Assembly (NCBI GenBank): GCA_963674695.2
Contig: CAXXGI010000003.1
Span: 96,001 to 160,000, forward strand
Length of the DNA stretch: 64,000 nt
DNA from: a bacterium
GTDB lineage: Bacteria > UBA10199 > 2-02-FULL-44-16 > JAAZCA01
Direction of reading: 5' to 3'
The position numbers and the translations under genes are program-made. Below the pieces are notes generated by a model. That model worked only from the letters and a program-made list of their open reading frames with translations, was not told the DNA's origin and did not search any database. The stretch's first letter is position 1; every line of letters begins with the position of its first letter. Below are positions 29,521 to 40,300 of the stretch, in pieces.

Positions 29521-30840
29521 ATGGATCGTTTCATCGGCATCATTGGCATCGTGGCGCTTTTGGCACTCGCTTTTCTCATGTCCAACAACAAGCGCAACAT
29601 CAACCTGCGTACGGTCGGGGTTGGCATTGGGCTGCAGTTCGGCATCGGTGTCTTGCTGCTGAAGTGGCAGCCGGGCAACGAGGGGATGCAGTGGCTGGCG
29701 CAGAAGGTGACGGCCTTTCTCTTTCTCGCCGACCAGGGCACGCAGTTTCTCTTCGGGAAACTCGCCGATCCCAATGCGATGGGGATGTTTGGCTTTCAGT
29801 TTGCCTTTCGGGTGCTGCCCATCATCATCTTCTTCTCCGCCTTCATGGCCGTACTGTATTACATGGGCGTCATGCAGCGCGTCGTGCAGCTCTTCGCCTG
29901 GGTGATGAGTCGGTTGATGAAGACCTCGGGTGCGGAATCGCTGAGTTGTTCGGCCAACATCTTTCTCGGGCAGACCGAGGCGCCGCTGCTCATCCGTCCC
30001 TTTCTCAATCACTGCACGATGTCGGAGCTCAACGCCATCATGGTGGGCGGCTTCGGGACCATTGCGGGAAGCGTCATGGCCGGGTATATCGGCATGGGGA
30101 TTCCCGCCCAGCACATCATCATCGCCTCATCCATGGCGGCACCGGCGTCCCTTATGGTCGCCAAGATCATCTATCCCGAGACGGAGCGCTCCGAGACGGG
30201 CGGCGATCTCCACCTGCCGAAGGTCGATGCGGGTCGCAACCTCCTCGATGCGGCGTCCAAGGGGGTGACCGACGGCCTGCACCTGGCGCTCAACGTGGCG
30301 GCGATGCTCATCGCCTTCATCACGCTCATCGCCCTGGCCGACAAGCTCTTGGGGATCTTCGACCGCTGGCTCGATGGCACGGTCCTGGCCTGGATCGATG
30401 CGCGTCTCTTCGCAGGCAGCCACGGCTGGGGCGCGCTCATGAGCGAGGGGGGGCATGCGGGCTATTTTCCCGGGAGCCTCAAGGTCCTCTTCGGCACGCT
30501 CTTCTCGCCGCTCGCGTTTGTCATGGGTGTCCCGCGTGCGGATATCTTCAACGTCGCGGGGCTCTTGGGCCTCAAGATCACCGTCAACGAGTTCGTGGCC
30601 TACGCCAAGCTCTCCGAGATGATCCGTTCGAACGTCCTCTCGCCGAAGGCGCAGATCATGGCGACCTATATGCTCTGCGGTTTTGCCAACTTCGCCTCCA
30701 TCGGCATCCAGATCGGCGGCATCTCCGCGCTCGCCCCCGACCGCCGCGCCGACCTCGCGCAACTCGGCCTTCGCACCATGCTCGGCGGTGCGATCGTCTC
30801 CTGTCTCACGGCCACGATTGCAGGACTGCTTCTGGGGTAG
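29521..30840 (+). CDS. nupC: Concentrative nucleoside transporter (NupC/CNT family)
   Basis: VLPIIIFFSA, ANIFLGQTEAPL, NEFVAY, LCGFANFASIGIQIGG. Confidence 0.95.
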   Translation: MDRFIGIIGIVALLALAFLMSNNKRNINLRTVGVGIGLQFGIGVLLLKWQPGNEGMQWLAQKVTAFLFLADQGTQFLFGKLADPNAMGMFGFQFAFRVLPIIIFFSAFMAVLYYMGVMQRVVQLFAWVMSRLMKTSGAESLSCSANIFLGQTEAPLLIRPFLNHCTMSELNAIMVGGFGTIAGSVMAGYIGMGIPAQHIIIASSMAAPASLMVAKIIYPETERSETGGDLHLPKVDAGRNLLDAASKGVTDGLHLALNVAAMLIAFITLIALADKLLGIFDRWLDGTVLAWIDARLFAGSHGWGALMSEGGHAGYFPGSLKVLFGTLFSPLAFVMGVPRADIFNVAGLLGLKITVNEFVAYAKLSEMIRSNVLSPKAQIMATYMLCGFANFASIGIQIGGISALAPDRRADLAQLGLRTMLGGAIVSCLTATIAGLLLG

Positions 30841-30849
30841 GGGGATGTT

Positions 30850-32130
30850 TCAGAAGCGCGGATTCGCCAGTACGAACCGTTCGATTTGTTCATTTCGCTG
30901 GTCCCGTTGGTAACGCTCCTGCCCGCCTTTCTGCAGGTACGTGACGATCGGCAGCAGACGCTGCAGAACGATGTGCGCAAGCGCGGACCCATTCGTGAAT
31001 TTCGGAAACGTTCCCGCCCAGGGCGAATGCACCAGATGGTGTGCGGCCGATTCCGGCTCGGCCCGCTGACCTTGCGGAATGAGATAGGGAAGCATCCGGG
31101 CGCGCATTGTTGAACCCTCTACATTCAACGTCGCTGCACCCACATCGATCAGCCGATCGACGATCCGTTCGAGATGATCGTTTCCAATCCATTCAGCGGG
31201 AAAGAAGGGGCCGTCCGAACCGATGCGCACGAGCTTGTGGGTTGGGCGATATGGTGCGATTCCCCTCCGGGTGAAGAGCGATCGGACGTCGATCTCCCGT
31301 TCCCGTTTGCGGCCGGAAACGATATAGTACCGTTCCCGCGCGCACGTCTCCGGGCTGACGCGCGAAATGCCCGTGACGTCCAGCTCCAGGCCGGCGCGCA
31401 ACAGGTGTTGGCGATACCGATCGGCGTGGAGCGAGCGCAGAAAGCTCCCGGCTCCAACCTTCCACATCAGGAAAAACTCACCGCCGATGCGCAGGCTGTC
31501 GACGACGTTTTGCATCACGCCCAGCTGATCGCGATCATAGAAACTGGCGAAGATCGAGTAGGCCAACTCAAACGTCGACGATGGGAGAACGGCTTTGCTC
31601 GCGGGCAGCGGTGGATGTACGACGTCCATGACGCCCTCGAGCTCACCGTAGGCGGGGCTCGATTCATGTATTTCGATGTCGTCGTCATAGACCGCTTTGA
31701 GTCCTGCGGCGACCAGGCGTTGCCCTGCGCCCAGCTCCAGGATCGCTGCCGGGCCGTCGAGACCGCGCGCTCGTCTGCGCTCGATGGCGCGGTGCGCCGC
31801 CAGTGAGAGCGGACCAGTCTGTGCGGGCCACATGACCCCGTCGGCTTGATGCAGGGTACGCGTCTCCATCCAGCCGAGCATATGGTGTTTGAGCCATTGT
31901 CCCCCCGTGCTGGTGGTCGGGCGAAAGTGCGCGGGCTTTTCGATGTGCGGGAAGGCGAAGTCGCGTTCATGCAGCAGCGCTTGAGCTACCTCCGCTTCCG
32001 CTTGCGGCAGATCGATGAGGGCTTCGATTTGTTCGAACGGATCCGCTTCGAGCGTCATGTCGAAGGGGGGAATGCCCGTCATGCCGGCATATGCCGGTGG
32101 GGCGATGATGTGAGGAACGATAGTCGTCAT
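30850..32130 (-). CDS. Orphan protein with a class I SAM-dependent methyltransferase-like core
   Basis: AILELGAGQ (motif I), FELAYS, VDSLRIGGEFFL. Confidence 0.65.
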   Translation of the reverse strand: MTTIVPHIIAPPAYAGMTGIPPFDMTLEADPFEQIEALIDLPQAEAEVAQALLHERDFAFPHIEKPAHFRPTTSTGGQWLKHHMLGWMETRTLHQADGVMWPAQTGPLSLAAHRAIERRRARGLDGPAAILELGAGQRLVAAGLKAVYDDDIEIHESSPAYGELEGVMDVVHPPLPASKAVLPSSTFELAYSIFASFYDRDQLGVMQNVVDSLRIGGEFFLMWKVGAGSFLRSLHADRYRQHLLRAGLELDVTGISRVSPETCARERYYIVSGRKREREIDVRSLFTRRGIAPYRPTHKLVRIGSDGPFFPAEWIGNDHLERIVDRLIDVGAATLNVEGSTMRARMLPYLIPQGQRAEPESAAHHLVHSPWAGTFPKFTNGSALAHIVLQRLLPIVTYLQKGGQERYQRDQRNEQIERFVLANPRF

Positions 32131-32150
32131 GTCCTAACCCGGTACTCTTC

Positions 32151-32177
32151 TTATCGGCGGAGGGGGGTAAAAGTTGC
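32151..32177 (-). promoter_or_regulatory. Putative sigma28-like promoter
   Basis: Minus strand GCAACTTTT-N10-GCCGATAA, 20 nt upstream of ATG 32130. Confidence 0.7.
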
Positions 32178-32193
32178 GCGGAAAATGAGGGTG

Positions 32194-32598
32194 CTATTCC
32201 TCTGTCAAACGCTTGATCATCGCGCGTTGTTTTTCGCGTTCTGCCTCGATCTGGAGATAGCCGCGCTCACAGGCCTGCATGTGGACGACCGTCGGCTGGA
32301 GGAGGAAACACTTATGAAAGGGAGCCTCTTTGTGGAAGGCGATGAGGGGTTCGGTGAAGAGGCGCACGATTCCGGAGGTGAATGTCGCCCCGATGCTGCC
32401 CATCCAGGCATGCTGCATCTGAATGTCCTGCCAAACAGAAGTCTGATCGGATATGGAGGTTGGACGGTATCCCGGAGCATACGGGTTGAGTCCGGCTGCG
32501 TCTTTCTCCTGGGCGACGAGAGTGCGAACATCGTGCGATTCGTTCCAGACGCGCATGGCCCAGGTATGCAGCGATTCGATGATGTTCGTTTCCGCCAT
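32194..32598 (-). CDS. Hypothetical protein (134 aa)
   Basis: ORF with GAGG RBS and its own copy of the promoter motif. Confidence 0.6.
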   Translation of the reverse strand: MAETNIIESLHTWAMRVWNESHDVRTLVAQEKDAAGLNPYAPGYRPTSISDQTSVWQDIQMQHAWMGSIGATFTSGIVRLFTEPLIAFHKEAPFHKCFLLQPTVVHMQACERGYLQIEAEREKQRAMIKRLTEE

Positions 32599-32622
32599 GA
32601 GTTCCTCATCCTTTCACTGTTG

Positions 32623-32649
32623 TTATCGGCGCTGCGCAAGAAAAGTTGT
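32623..32649 (-). promoter_or_regulatory. Putative sigma28-like promoter overlapping the ogt 3' end
   Basis: Minus strand ACAACTTTT-N10-GCCGATAA; the final TAA is the ogt stop codon. Confidence 0.7.
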
Positions 32650-33165
32650 GTGGGAAATCTCAATGGTTTCCAAGGCCAACAACCGGCGTTTTCGCGCGAT
32701 GCCTCCCGAAAATCCGCCGATGCCTCCATCGGAGGCGATCACGCGATGGCAGGGGACGATGATCGGCACGGGATTGGCGCCGCAGGCTTGTGCCACCGCC
32801 CGATAGGCGCGCGGCCGTTTCACCGCACGTGCCAGCCACGCATAGCTTTTCGTGTGTCCCCACGGGATCGTGCGGATGGCCCGCCAGACCTCGCGCTGAA
32901 AGGGGGTCCCGGAGAGGAACAAAAGGGGGAGGTCGAATGCTTCCGCGTCCCCTCGGGCATAGCGCTCGAGCTTCACAAAGAGCGCACGCAGCCAGGCATT
33001 GGGCCGGTTTTCGACGGCCCCCCGCGGCAGGATGCGCAGGAGTTCTCGCCGGCCGCCCGAGAGCGCGATCGCACAGATTCCCTCGTCGGTGGCCCCCGCC
33101 CAAATGGAACCAAGTTCCGCGATCGTCCGATGATCGAGAAAGATGCGTTTCATTATTCTCTCCAT
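32623..33165 (-). CDS. ogt: Methylated-DNA--protein-cysteine methyltransferase
   Basis: GTPFQREVW, IPWG, RAVAQACGANPVPIIVPCHRVI; start 33165 or 33153. Confidence 0.95.
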   Translation of the reverse strand: MERIMKRIFLDHRTIAELGSIWAGATDEGICAIALSGGRRELLRILPRGAVENRPNAWLRALFVKLERYARGDAEAFDLPLLFLSGTPFQREVWRAIRTIPWGHTKSYAWLARAVKRPRAYRAVAQACGANPVPIIVPCHRVIASDGGIGGFSGGIARKRRLLALETIEISHTTFLAQRR

Positions 33166-33313
33166 ACACGTTTTCCTTATGGATTTGACCATTTTTTGAC
33201 GCCTTGCATTCCACAATGAGAATTTTTTCAGTTTGAGAGCATCAGCGCCGCTTTCTCATAACGAAAATCCTTATAAATTGAGTTGTTAAAGGCCATTTGC
33301 TCATGTCTTCATA

Positions 33314-33329
33314 TGGCATGATTGCTGCA
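33314..33329 (+). promoter_or_regulatory. Putative sigma54 (-24/-12) promoter
   Basis: TGGCATGATTGCTGCA, GG-N10-GC spacing, AT-rich upstream DNA, 40 nt before ATG 33369. Confidence 0.55.
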
Positions 33330-33368
33330 TATTTGAAGAGGCGTGATTCCAAACTGAAGGAGATCGCC

Positions 33369-33767
33369 ATGAAATCAAAGAGCGAATTGAGCGAGCATAT
33401 GGAGATCGTCGACGGCAACAGGCGCCAGAAGGGGCATTCCCCCCTCGAGCTCTGGGGCCGCATGCACCGTGGCGAGCGCAAGTCGCAGCGTGTCGAGCGC
33501 GCGCCCTTCGACAGCATGATGGCCGTCTTTGCCGATCGCGTGACCTATACGTTTATCCTCGAAAACGAGGTGGCATCGATTCATTTCGACCGCCGGCGCG
33601 GGGAGATCTTCTTTAAGGGCCATAATATCAGTAACATGGAGCTCACCCCCCCTCAACGCGAGGCCCTGATGCACATGGGCCAGATGCTCACGCGCGAAAC
33701 CCGCACGAAACCATTTTCTGCCGATTATGACGCAACTTTGGGTCGTCTCCTTGCCGATAATGAATAG
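33369..33767 (+). CDS. Hypothetical protein (132 aa)
   Basis: AAGGAG RBS before ATG; typical codon usage. Confidence 0.7.
   Translation: MKSKSELSEHMEIVDGNRRQKGHSPLELWGRMHRGERKSQRVERAPFDSMMAVFADRVTYTFILENEVASIHFDRRRGEIFFKGHNISNMELTPPQREALMHMGQMLTRETRTKPFSADYDATLGRLLADNE
33732..33760 (+). promoter_or_regulatory. Possible sigma28-like promoter for the 33929 ORF
   Basis: GCAACTTTG-N12-GCCGATAA in the 3' end of the upstream gene; separated from the ORF by a MITE. Confidence 0.45.
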
Positions 33768-33898
33768 AGACTATCGGGAGATGGGATTTTGTTGTCATTC
33801 CCGCGGAAGCGGGAATCTCGAAGTACTTAAAAAACCGAGATTCCCGCTTCCGCGGGAATGACAACAATCAGTAAAATCGTCTTTTCCCGACAGACTCT
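33766..33898. mobile_element. MITE-like element (imperfect TIR AGAGACTATCGGGAG / TTCCCGACAGACTCT) containing a REP doublet
   Basis: 12/15 TIR match; long perfect inverted REP arms ~33789-33868. Confidence 0.6.
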
Positions 33899-33928
33899 CC
33901 GTAGAGTGCCTCGGCATTCGGGGGCGAC

Positions 33929-34570
33929 ATGACCTTTCTGCGAAAAATTTCACGGACGGTGTCCAAGGGCAGCCTTTTTGGCAAGGGCCGCGCTCGGCGC
34001 ACCGATCTGCCGCTCGATCGTCAGCTCACCTTCAATCCCACGAAGGATGAACGCTGGACCTTCGAGGAGGAACGCCGCATCTGCCTCAACGGCGTTGATG
34101 TGGCCGAACTCGTCTGCGAGGGGGGCAACGATGTGCGCCTGCTCTCCGGCGTCTCCCAGGGGCTCTCCGAATACCGCACGTTCGTCTGGTCCAAGCAGGG
34201 CGGAAAGGGGCAGGCCAAGTTTAACGCCCGCGTCATGTCGCTGCAGGATACGATCGTGCATCGCCTCGGAAACATCTACGACGGCATGACCGGCGGGGTG
34301 CACATTGAGTGCGCGGGCGAGAACTTCTGGATCAACAACGTGAACGTGCGCGCGGTGCTCATGCGTTTTCGTGTTCATCCTACCGAACAGGTGCGTCTCT
34401 ATTTAATGGGGTTTCGCGACAAGCTTCACTTGATTCTCTCGCGCCAGCAGTCTAGCACTCGAAGTGATGCCATCCACGATCAGGCGCGAAAGATTTTCGA
34501 CGAGATCGAAGATGCCCTCGAGTGTCTTCCGGCCGATGCTCCTCCTCGCCTGTGCGCTCACAACGGGTAG
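33929..34570 (+). CDS. Hypothetical protein (213 aa)
   Basis: ORF with typical codon usage; ICLNGVDVA and FWINNVNVR suggest an internal duplication. Confidence 0.7.
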   Translation: MTFLRKISRTVSKGSLFGKGRARRTDLPLDRQLTFNPTKDERWTFEEERRICLNGVDVAELVCEGGNDVRLLSGVSQGLSEYRTFVWSKQGGKGQAKFNARVMSLQDTIVHRLGNIYDGMTGGVHIECAGENFWINNVNVRAVLMRFRVHPTEQVRLYLMGFRDKLHLILSRQQSSTRSDAIHDQARKIFDEIEDALECLPADAPPRLCAHNG

Positions 34571-36923
34571 TGCAAGCCGCGCTCTCTTTGCCTTCACCTC
34601 TCCCTTCGCTTCGATTGTGGTCGCCCTCATCGCGGCCATGCTCTTTCTCTTCATTTCATTTCTCCTGCGCCGACGTCTTCATTTCATCATGGCGCTGCTC
34701 ATCGCAATCGCCTTCATCGTCGGCGCGGCATCGGCCGATCGCGCGATGGAGCGAGCACAACGCGTGAGCGTTTCGCTCGATACGAAGGCAGCGCTCGCCT
34801 GCCGTGCGCGCGTGATACGATTCCCGCAGATCAAAAGCTGGGGGACGCGCGTCGATGTTCAGCTCGATTCCTGTTCGGAAGGGAAGGGCGATCGGTTCGA
34901 GCCGGCCTTCGGCGCGGTGCGTCTGTCGATCCTCCACGGCGGCGACGTCCTTCTCCCCGGCGACCATATACAGTTTCGCGCGCGTTTCACGCGGCCGCGC
35001 GATTATCGCAACCCGGGGGCCTTCTCCTATGCGCGCTATCTCGCGGTACACGGCATCGGCGCGACGGGGCGTGTCGTCGGGAAACCCGAGCTGGTGCAGG
35101 AGGGCGCGGGCTTCGGGCGCATCGTCGGAGGATTGCGGCGGCGTGTGCGTGATTCGCTCGCGCAGGTCGCCGATCCGGCGCGTCGCGGCGTGCTCCTCGC
35201 ACTCGCCATCGGCGCGCGCGATGATATTACGGCCGAGCAGCGCGATCGATACGCCCGCGCGGGGTTGGCCCACCTCCTGGCGATCTCCGGTCTGCACGTC
35301 GGATATGTCGCGCTCCTCGTCTTTCTGCTCGCGAGGGTCTTCTTCGGCCTTTTTCCGCGCCTCTTTCTCCGCGTTCCGCTGCAGCGCCTGGCGGCAGCGG
35401 TCACGCTTCCGGCCATCTGGGGGTTCGTGGCGCTCGCGGCCTTTCCGATCTCCGCCGTGCGTGCCGCGATCATGATATCGGTCTTTCTCCTCGGCGTTTT
35501 GATCGGCCGTCGCCAGGACCTGCCGACGACACTCGCCGCGGCGGTCTGCGTCATCCTCATCATCCTGCCGCTCTCAGTCTTCGATGTCTCCTTTCAGCTC
35601 TCGGTCGTCGCGGTCGCCGGCATCATGCTCCTCGTTCCGCGCATTGCGCGAGCGCTGCCGGCGGGGCGAATGCGAACAGGGCGCGCGCTGCGCGCGGCTG
35701 CACTCCTGGGTGCGGTGACCGTCGCCGCCACGCTCGCCACGCTTCCGCTCGTCGCCGCGCACTTTCAGGTCGTCACCTTTGCGGGGCTCGTCACCAATCT
35801 CGTCGCGGTGCCGCTGGCGGGGATCGCGCTCGTGCCCCTGGTGGCCGTGGCACAGGTCGTTGCGCTCATCGCTCCCGCTATCGCTGCGCCGATCTGGTCG
35901 TTGGCGGCGGTTCTGGCCGGAGCGCTCGACGCTATTGCGTCGGCAGGGGCGCGCTGGGGCGATGCGCTCGTCTTTCGCTGGGCGCCGAGCCCGCTCGAAG
36001 CGGGGGGCGTGCTGTTGCTCATCGCCGCGGTTGTCTTCTGGCCGCATCGCACCTATAAACGATGGATCGGAACGGTCCTGGTGCTCGTCTGTCTCGCGGG
36101 CGTGGGGTTTGCGGGAGTTCATATGATGGAAAAACCGTCTCTCGAAATGGTGGTGCTCGACGTCGGACAGGGCGATGCGATCCTCGTGCGCTTCCCCGAC
36201 GGCAGCGACTGGCTCATCGATGGCGGGGGCAAGCGATATGGGTCGTTCGATGTCGGCGAGAAGGTGGTTGTCCCCGCGCTCCTGCGCCTGGGCGTGCATC
36301 ACTTGCACGGCGTCGTCCTCACGCATCCGCACCACGATCACTATCGCGGCTTGGGCGCCATCGCGCGCGCGTTCCAGCCGCCGCGCATTCTGACCAATGG
36401 GTTGGATGCGCCGCCGCAGGAGAAAGGACATTGGGCGCGCTTTCAAGCGCAGCTTGCAGAACTGAGCGTCCCGCTGGAAGTGGTTCCGGAGGGGAAGACG
36501 ACGTATGCCTTCGGCGGTGCGCAGATGCACGTGATACGTCTCCCTTGGCAGGCGGGGGATGATCTCAACGACTCCTCGCTCGTCGTCGATCTGCGCTTCG
36601 GTGCGCATCGCTTTCTGCTCATGGGCGATCTGGCCGAAACGGGCGAGGGCAGATTGTTGGCAATCGAAGGGGATCTGTACGCCGACGTCCTCAAGGTGGG
36701 GCATCACGGCAGCATCGATGCGACGACACCCGAATTGCTCTCCGCCGTCGATCCGAAGGTCGCCATCATCTCGGTGGGGGAGAACCCCTACGGCGTGCCG
36801 CACGCGGCAACGCTCGAGCGCTTGGGCGAAGCGGAGATCGATGTCCTGCGCACCGATGAGGATGGTGCCGTCGCGGTTGAAAGCGATGGGGAGCGATTGT
36901 TCGTCAAGTCCCTGACGCCATAG
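34536..36923 (+). CDS. comEC: DNA internalization competence protein ComEC/Rec2
   Basis: NPGAFSY, AGLAHLLAISGLHV, SFQLS, LDVGQGDA, THPHHDH, LKVGHHGS; start uncertain (34464-34536). Confidence 0.95.
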   Translation: MLLLACALTTGSASRALFAFTSPFASIVVALIAAMLFLFISFLLRRRLHFIMALLIAIAFIVGAASADRAMERAQRVSVSLDTKAALACRARVIRFPQIKSWGTRVDVQLDSCSEGKGDRFEPAFGAVRLSILHGGDVLLPGDHIQFRARFTRPRDYRNPGAFSYARYLAVHGIGATGRVVGKPELVQEGAGFGRIVGGLRRRVRDSLAQVADPARRGVLLALAIGARDDITAEQRDRYARAGLAHLLAISGLHVGYVALLVFLLARVFFGLFPRLFLRVPLQRLAAAVTLPAIWGFVALAAFPISAVRAAIMISVFLLGVLIGRRQDLPTTLAAAVCVILIILPLSVFDVSFQLSVVAVAGIMLLVPRIARALPAGRMRTGRALRAAALLGAVTVAATLATLPLVAAHFQVVTFAGLVTNLVAVPLAGIALVPLVAVAQVVALIAPAIAAPIWSLAAVLAGALDAIASAGARWGDALVFRWAPSPLEAGGVLLLIAAVVFWPHRTYKRWIGTVLVLVCLAGVGFAGVHMMEKPSLEMVVLDVGQGDAILVRFPDGSDWLIDGGGKRYGSFDVGEKVVVPALLRLGVHHLHGVVLTHPHHDHYRGLGAIARAFQPPRILTNGLDAPPQEKGHWARFQAQLAELSVPLEVVPEGKTTYAFGGAQMHVIRLPWQAGDDLNDSSLVVDLRFGAHRFLLMGDLAETGEGRLLAIEGDLYADVLKVGHHGSIDATTPELLSAVDPKVAIISVGENPYGVPHAATLERLGEAEIDVLRTDEDGAVAVESDGERLFVKSLTP

Positions 36924-37302
36924 GAGTTGTCATCACACGCCCAACGATATCGAGGATGTCTTGCTTTCCGAACGGTTTCTGAAGCGCCTCGGCGAATCCG
37001 CCCGCCTCGACGAATTGCTCCTGCAGCGCTGTGGGATCCTGTTCGACCTGCCCGGTCATCATGATGCAGGTCGTCTGTGGCGCGATGGTGTGGAGGGCCC
37101 GACAGGTCTCGATGCCGCTCAAGCCCGGCATGATCAGGTCGATGAAGATGATGCGATACGCTTTCTCTCTCGCCCGTTCGATGGCGGCATGCCCATCGGG
37201 GACACACTCGACCTCGAACCCCTCATGCGTAAGGATCATCTGCATCGCGGAACTGACGATCTCGATATCGTCGACGATCAGGATTTGGTTTCCTGCTTCC
37301 AT
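36904..37302 (-). CDS. Single-domain response regulator (receiver)
   Basis: ILIVDD, IFIDLIMPGLSG, MMTG, LQKPF. Confidence 0.92.
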   Translation of the reverse strand: MEAGNQILIVDDIEIVSSAMQMILTHEGFEVECVPDGHAAIERAREKAYRIIFIDLIMPGLSGIETCRALHTIAPQTTCIMMTGQVEQDPTALQEQFVEAGGFAEALQKPFGKQDILDIVGRVMTTPMASGT

Positions 37303-37303
37303 A

Positions 37304-40300
37304 CTATCTCCTCGCCGTCTGTTTCTGGTTGTGCCGGATCGGCAGCGTCAACGCGACCGTCGTCCCCTTGTGTGCCTTGCTCTGAACGGTGATCGTCCCC
37401 TTGTGCGCGGTGATGATGCCGTGGCAGATGGAGAGCCCGAGCCCGATCCCCCTGCTTGCCTTTTTCGTCGTGAAGAAGGGGTCGAAGATGTGCGGGAGGG
37501 TATCAGGGTTGATGCCCTCGCCCGTGTCGATGCACTCCATGCGGAGGGCCTTTTGCTTTTTGAGGGGTTTGGTCCGGATGGTGAGGGTTCCTCCATCGGG
37601 CATCGCGTCGCAGGCGTTGTTCACGATGTTGATGCAGACCTGCTGGAGTTGGTTGCGGTCCCCTTCAATTGAGGGAAGATCAGTCCCGATCTCTTTGACG
37701 ACACGAATATTCGTCTTCCGCAGTCTGTTCCGGCAGAGCAGCAGCGCCTGGTCGATGAGCGTGAGCGGGTCGATCGTGGTGCAATCGAACGAGGAGGGTC
37801 GTGAGAATTCGCTCAGTCCCTTGACGATGCTGGCCATATACCGCACCGCCTCGATCATCATCGTGCCCTCGTTTGTTCCGGGAGTGCCGCTCACCTCTCG
37901 ATCGCACCGGGCCTCCAGGAGTGCGGTCAATCCGGTCAGCGGGCTGTTGAGTTCATGGGCGACTCCAGCGGCGAGGCGTCCGATGCCGGCGAGTTTGTCC
38001 GCCTGGATGAGTTGCTCCTGTGTCGTGTGCAGTTCTGCCGTGGTGGTTTTGACAGCGCCCTCCAGCGCATGCGCTTTTTGTTCCAAAGCAACCTCTGCGC
38101 GCCAGCGTTCGGTGATGTCCTCCAGGGCGAGCAGGATGAGCGGTGTCTCCTCATCTTTCTGGTGCAGCTGCCGGGCATTGAGCAGGATCATCCGCTCCCC
38201 GATGCCGGGAAAATGGCGAGCCACCTCGAAGGATTCAAAACCGCCGCCCTGCGCGATGATCGCCTTCAGGTGCTTGAGCAATGCAGGGATCTTCCATTCC
38301 TGATCGCCCAGATCGACGAGCGCCTGCCCCTCCGTTTTCCTTTTGGTCTGATGAAAGTGCGTGCAGAACGCCTTGTTGGCGGAGACGACGCGCAGCTTCG
38401 CATCGAGGACGAGCAGCGGTTCTCGAACGGTGGCGATGATGCCTTCGGCAAAATCGCGGGCGCGCTGCAGCGCGATCTGGCCTCGCTTGATGTCGTCGAT
38501 GTCCAGGAACACGAGCACCACGCCGTCGATCCGGTTGTCGTGGGTGCGGTAGGGCCGGATCTGCAGCCGGTACCATCGTTTGTTTCCGGTTTGCAGCTCC
38601 TGTTCAAACACGGTGAGTGTGTGCAGGACGCCATCGATGGCCTTTTTCAGGCCCGGCAGGTCGATCGGCGTACGAATCTGCGTGAATGCGCGCCCGATGT
38701 CGGCCGATGTCAGTCCCAGGACGTTCTTCGTCGCTGGGGTGATTTTTCGCACGCGCAGGTCGCCCCCCAGCATGACGATGGGGATCGTGATGCTCGTGAT
38801 CAGGTTGTCGAGCACATCGTTGACCTGTCCGAGCTCATCATTGCGGTTCTGCAGCTCCTCGTTGACCGTGTTGATCTCTTCGTTGGTCGACTGCAGCTCC
38901 TCCTTGGCGGTCTCGAGCTCCTCGTTGGTGCTCTGCAACTCTTCGTTGGCCGAGAGGATCTCCTCGTTGCTGGTGATGAGCTCCTCGTTCGAATGGTTCT
39001 GCTCTTCGATGATCGACTGCAGAAATGTTTTGGTCGCGTCGAGTTCGTGTTTGAGTTGGGCGCATTCGCGTCGTTCGGCGCTGCTCCTTCCCCGAGTGGA
39101 GGACACGGCAGCAGTGGTCTTATCGCTCGCTGCCATCGGCATCTCCTCGAAGAGGATGATGAAATACCGATCCTTCGAACGAGGGGCCTTGAGCGGGGCG
39201 ACCTCCAGGGCGACCGAACGGGTCCGCCCATCCTCTTCCTTCAAACGGATGCCCTCGCGGCGTGCGGAGCGGCTTTTCTTGCGCACCGCGGTGATGGCGC
39301 TGTGCAGCTCGGGCAGCAGCTCGCTGCGCGCCATCTTGAGCAGGTTCATGCTCGGGCGACCGGGCGGCTGATCCAGATAGGGGCCGGTCCGTCCCCGAAA
39401 CTGGAGGATCTCCATGCGGTCATCGACGACGACGCAGGCGGGGACGAAGCGCCGAACCAGGTGCTCGTCCGTGGCGCGCTGCAGATCGAACGCCGGGGAA
39501 AGGGTCTGTTCGATCATCTTCGCAGGCAGCCCGGCAGGCGCTCGTTTCGGGAGGAAGAAGGGACGGCGTGCATGTGAAGGGCCTTCGCCCCGGGAATAGA
39601 GTCGATGTTTATGATCGACCGCTTGAAAGAGATCCGCAAACCCGCTGGGGACCTCGGCCGAGCCGAGCAGGAGAAAGCCCCCCGGTTTGAGGGCATAGTG
39701 AAACAGCGGCATGACCACGTGCTGCAGGGTCTTGCCGAGATAGATCAGGACGTTGCGACAGCTGATCAGATCGAGCTGCGAGAAGGGCGGATCGCGGGTC
39801 ATGTCCTGGCGCGCGAAGATGCACATCTCGCGGATTTCCTTGCAGACCTTGAATCCCCCATCGTGCGGCTTGAAGAAGCGTTTCCGGCGCGCGGGCGAGA
39901 CCCCCTGCATGGCCTTGGTCGTGAAGATGCCGGCGCGCGCCTTCTCGATCGCCTCCTCGCTGACGTCGGTGCCGAAGATCTGGACCGGCGATGCGATGCC
40001 GCGCTTGTGGAGATATTCGCTCAGGCAGATGGCGAGGGAGAAGACCTCTTCGCCGCTCGAACAGCCCGGAACCCAGACGCGAATCGGCTCTCCGCGCTTG
40101 GCCCCCTCGGCAATGCGACCAAAGGCCTTGCGCGCAAGCGCGGTGAAGACGGCGCGGTCGCGAAAGAATCCGGTGACGCCGATGAGCACATCGGAGACGA
40201 GGTGGTGCATTTCATCCGGGTTCTTGCGCAGCTCGGCGGCATAGTTCGCCAGTGTCTCCATGTGCTGCAGCAGCATGCGTCGATGAATGCGCCGCTCCAG

